DNA from: Gekko japonicus | Taxonomy: Eukaryota | NCBI RefSeq assembly: GCF_001447785.1 | Contig: NW_015170280.1 | Coordinates: 852,122-916,121, forward strand | Direction: 5' to 3' | DNA length: 64,000 nucleotides | Part shown: positions 63,859 to 64,000 of the stretch, piece by piece | Numbering within the stretch: the first letter of the stretch is position 1 | Layout: every line of letters starts with the position of its first letter | Program-made: the position numbers and the translations under genes | The notes under the pieces: generated by a model | Databases searched by the model: none | What the model was told of the DNA's origin: nothing | The model's input: only the letters and a program-made list of their open reading frames with translations

Positions 63859-64000
63859 GTAAGAACTGGATTCTGTGGGGGAATGAGTGTCATTAGTTCT
63901 TCTGGGGTGGCTCGGGGCAAGCACTATGCTGAGCCCAAATAGGAAGGTTACAAAGGGGGGAGCCTTGTGGGCCTGCAGCAGCACAATAGATCCGGAGTTC

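Overview
Eukaryotic genomic DNA from a squamate reptile (Sauria SINE, 5S-headed SINEs, BovB and Penelope fragments; the repeat landscape is gecko-like by inference). Three spliced protein-coding genes were reconstructed by hand with GT-AG introns. NDUFS5 (- strand) has 2 coding exons and is complete at 106 aa. AZIN2/ODC-paralogue (- strand) has 9 coding exons and is complete at 461 aa, with a probable non-coding exon 1 and TATA/X-box/CCAAT promoter near 47.6 kb. AK2 (+ strand) shows exons 1-4, lies head-to-head with AZIN2 and runs off the window. Introns and intergenic DNA are filled with nested elements: a Sushi/PEG10-like Ty3/gypsy element, a second gypsy element, a copia remnant, L1/L2/RTE/Penelope fragments, SINEs and hAT/Harbinger-like MITEs. 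The most striking signal is a 26-nt segment of the AZIN2 5'UTR that is fully complementary (24 Watson-Crick + 2 G:U) to a segment of its own 3'UTR 22 kb away. Also notable are a PEG10-type gag/-1 frameshift/protease cassette in the AZIN2 leader intron, proline-motif uORFs in the AZIN2 leader, a 185-bp foldback in an NDUFS5 intron, an ORF2-less L1-type retroposon and a MITE carrying divergent CTCF-like sites. Most of the ORF track is spurious.
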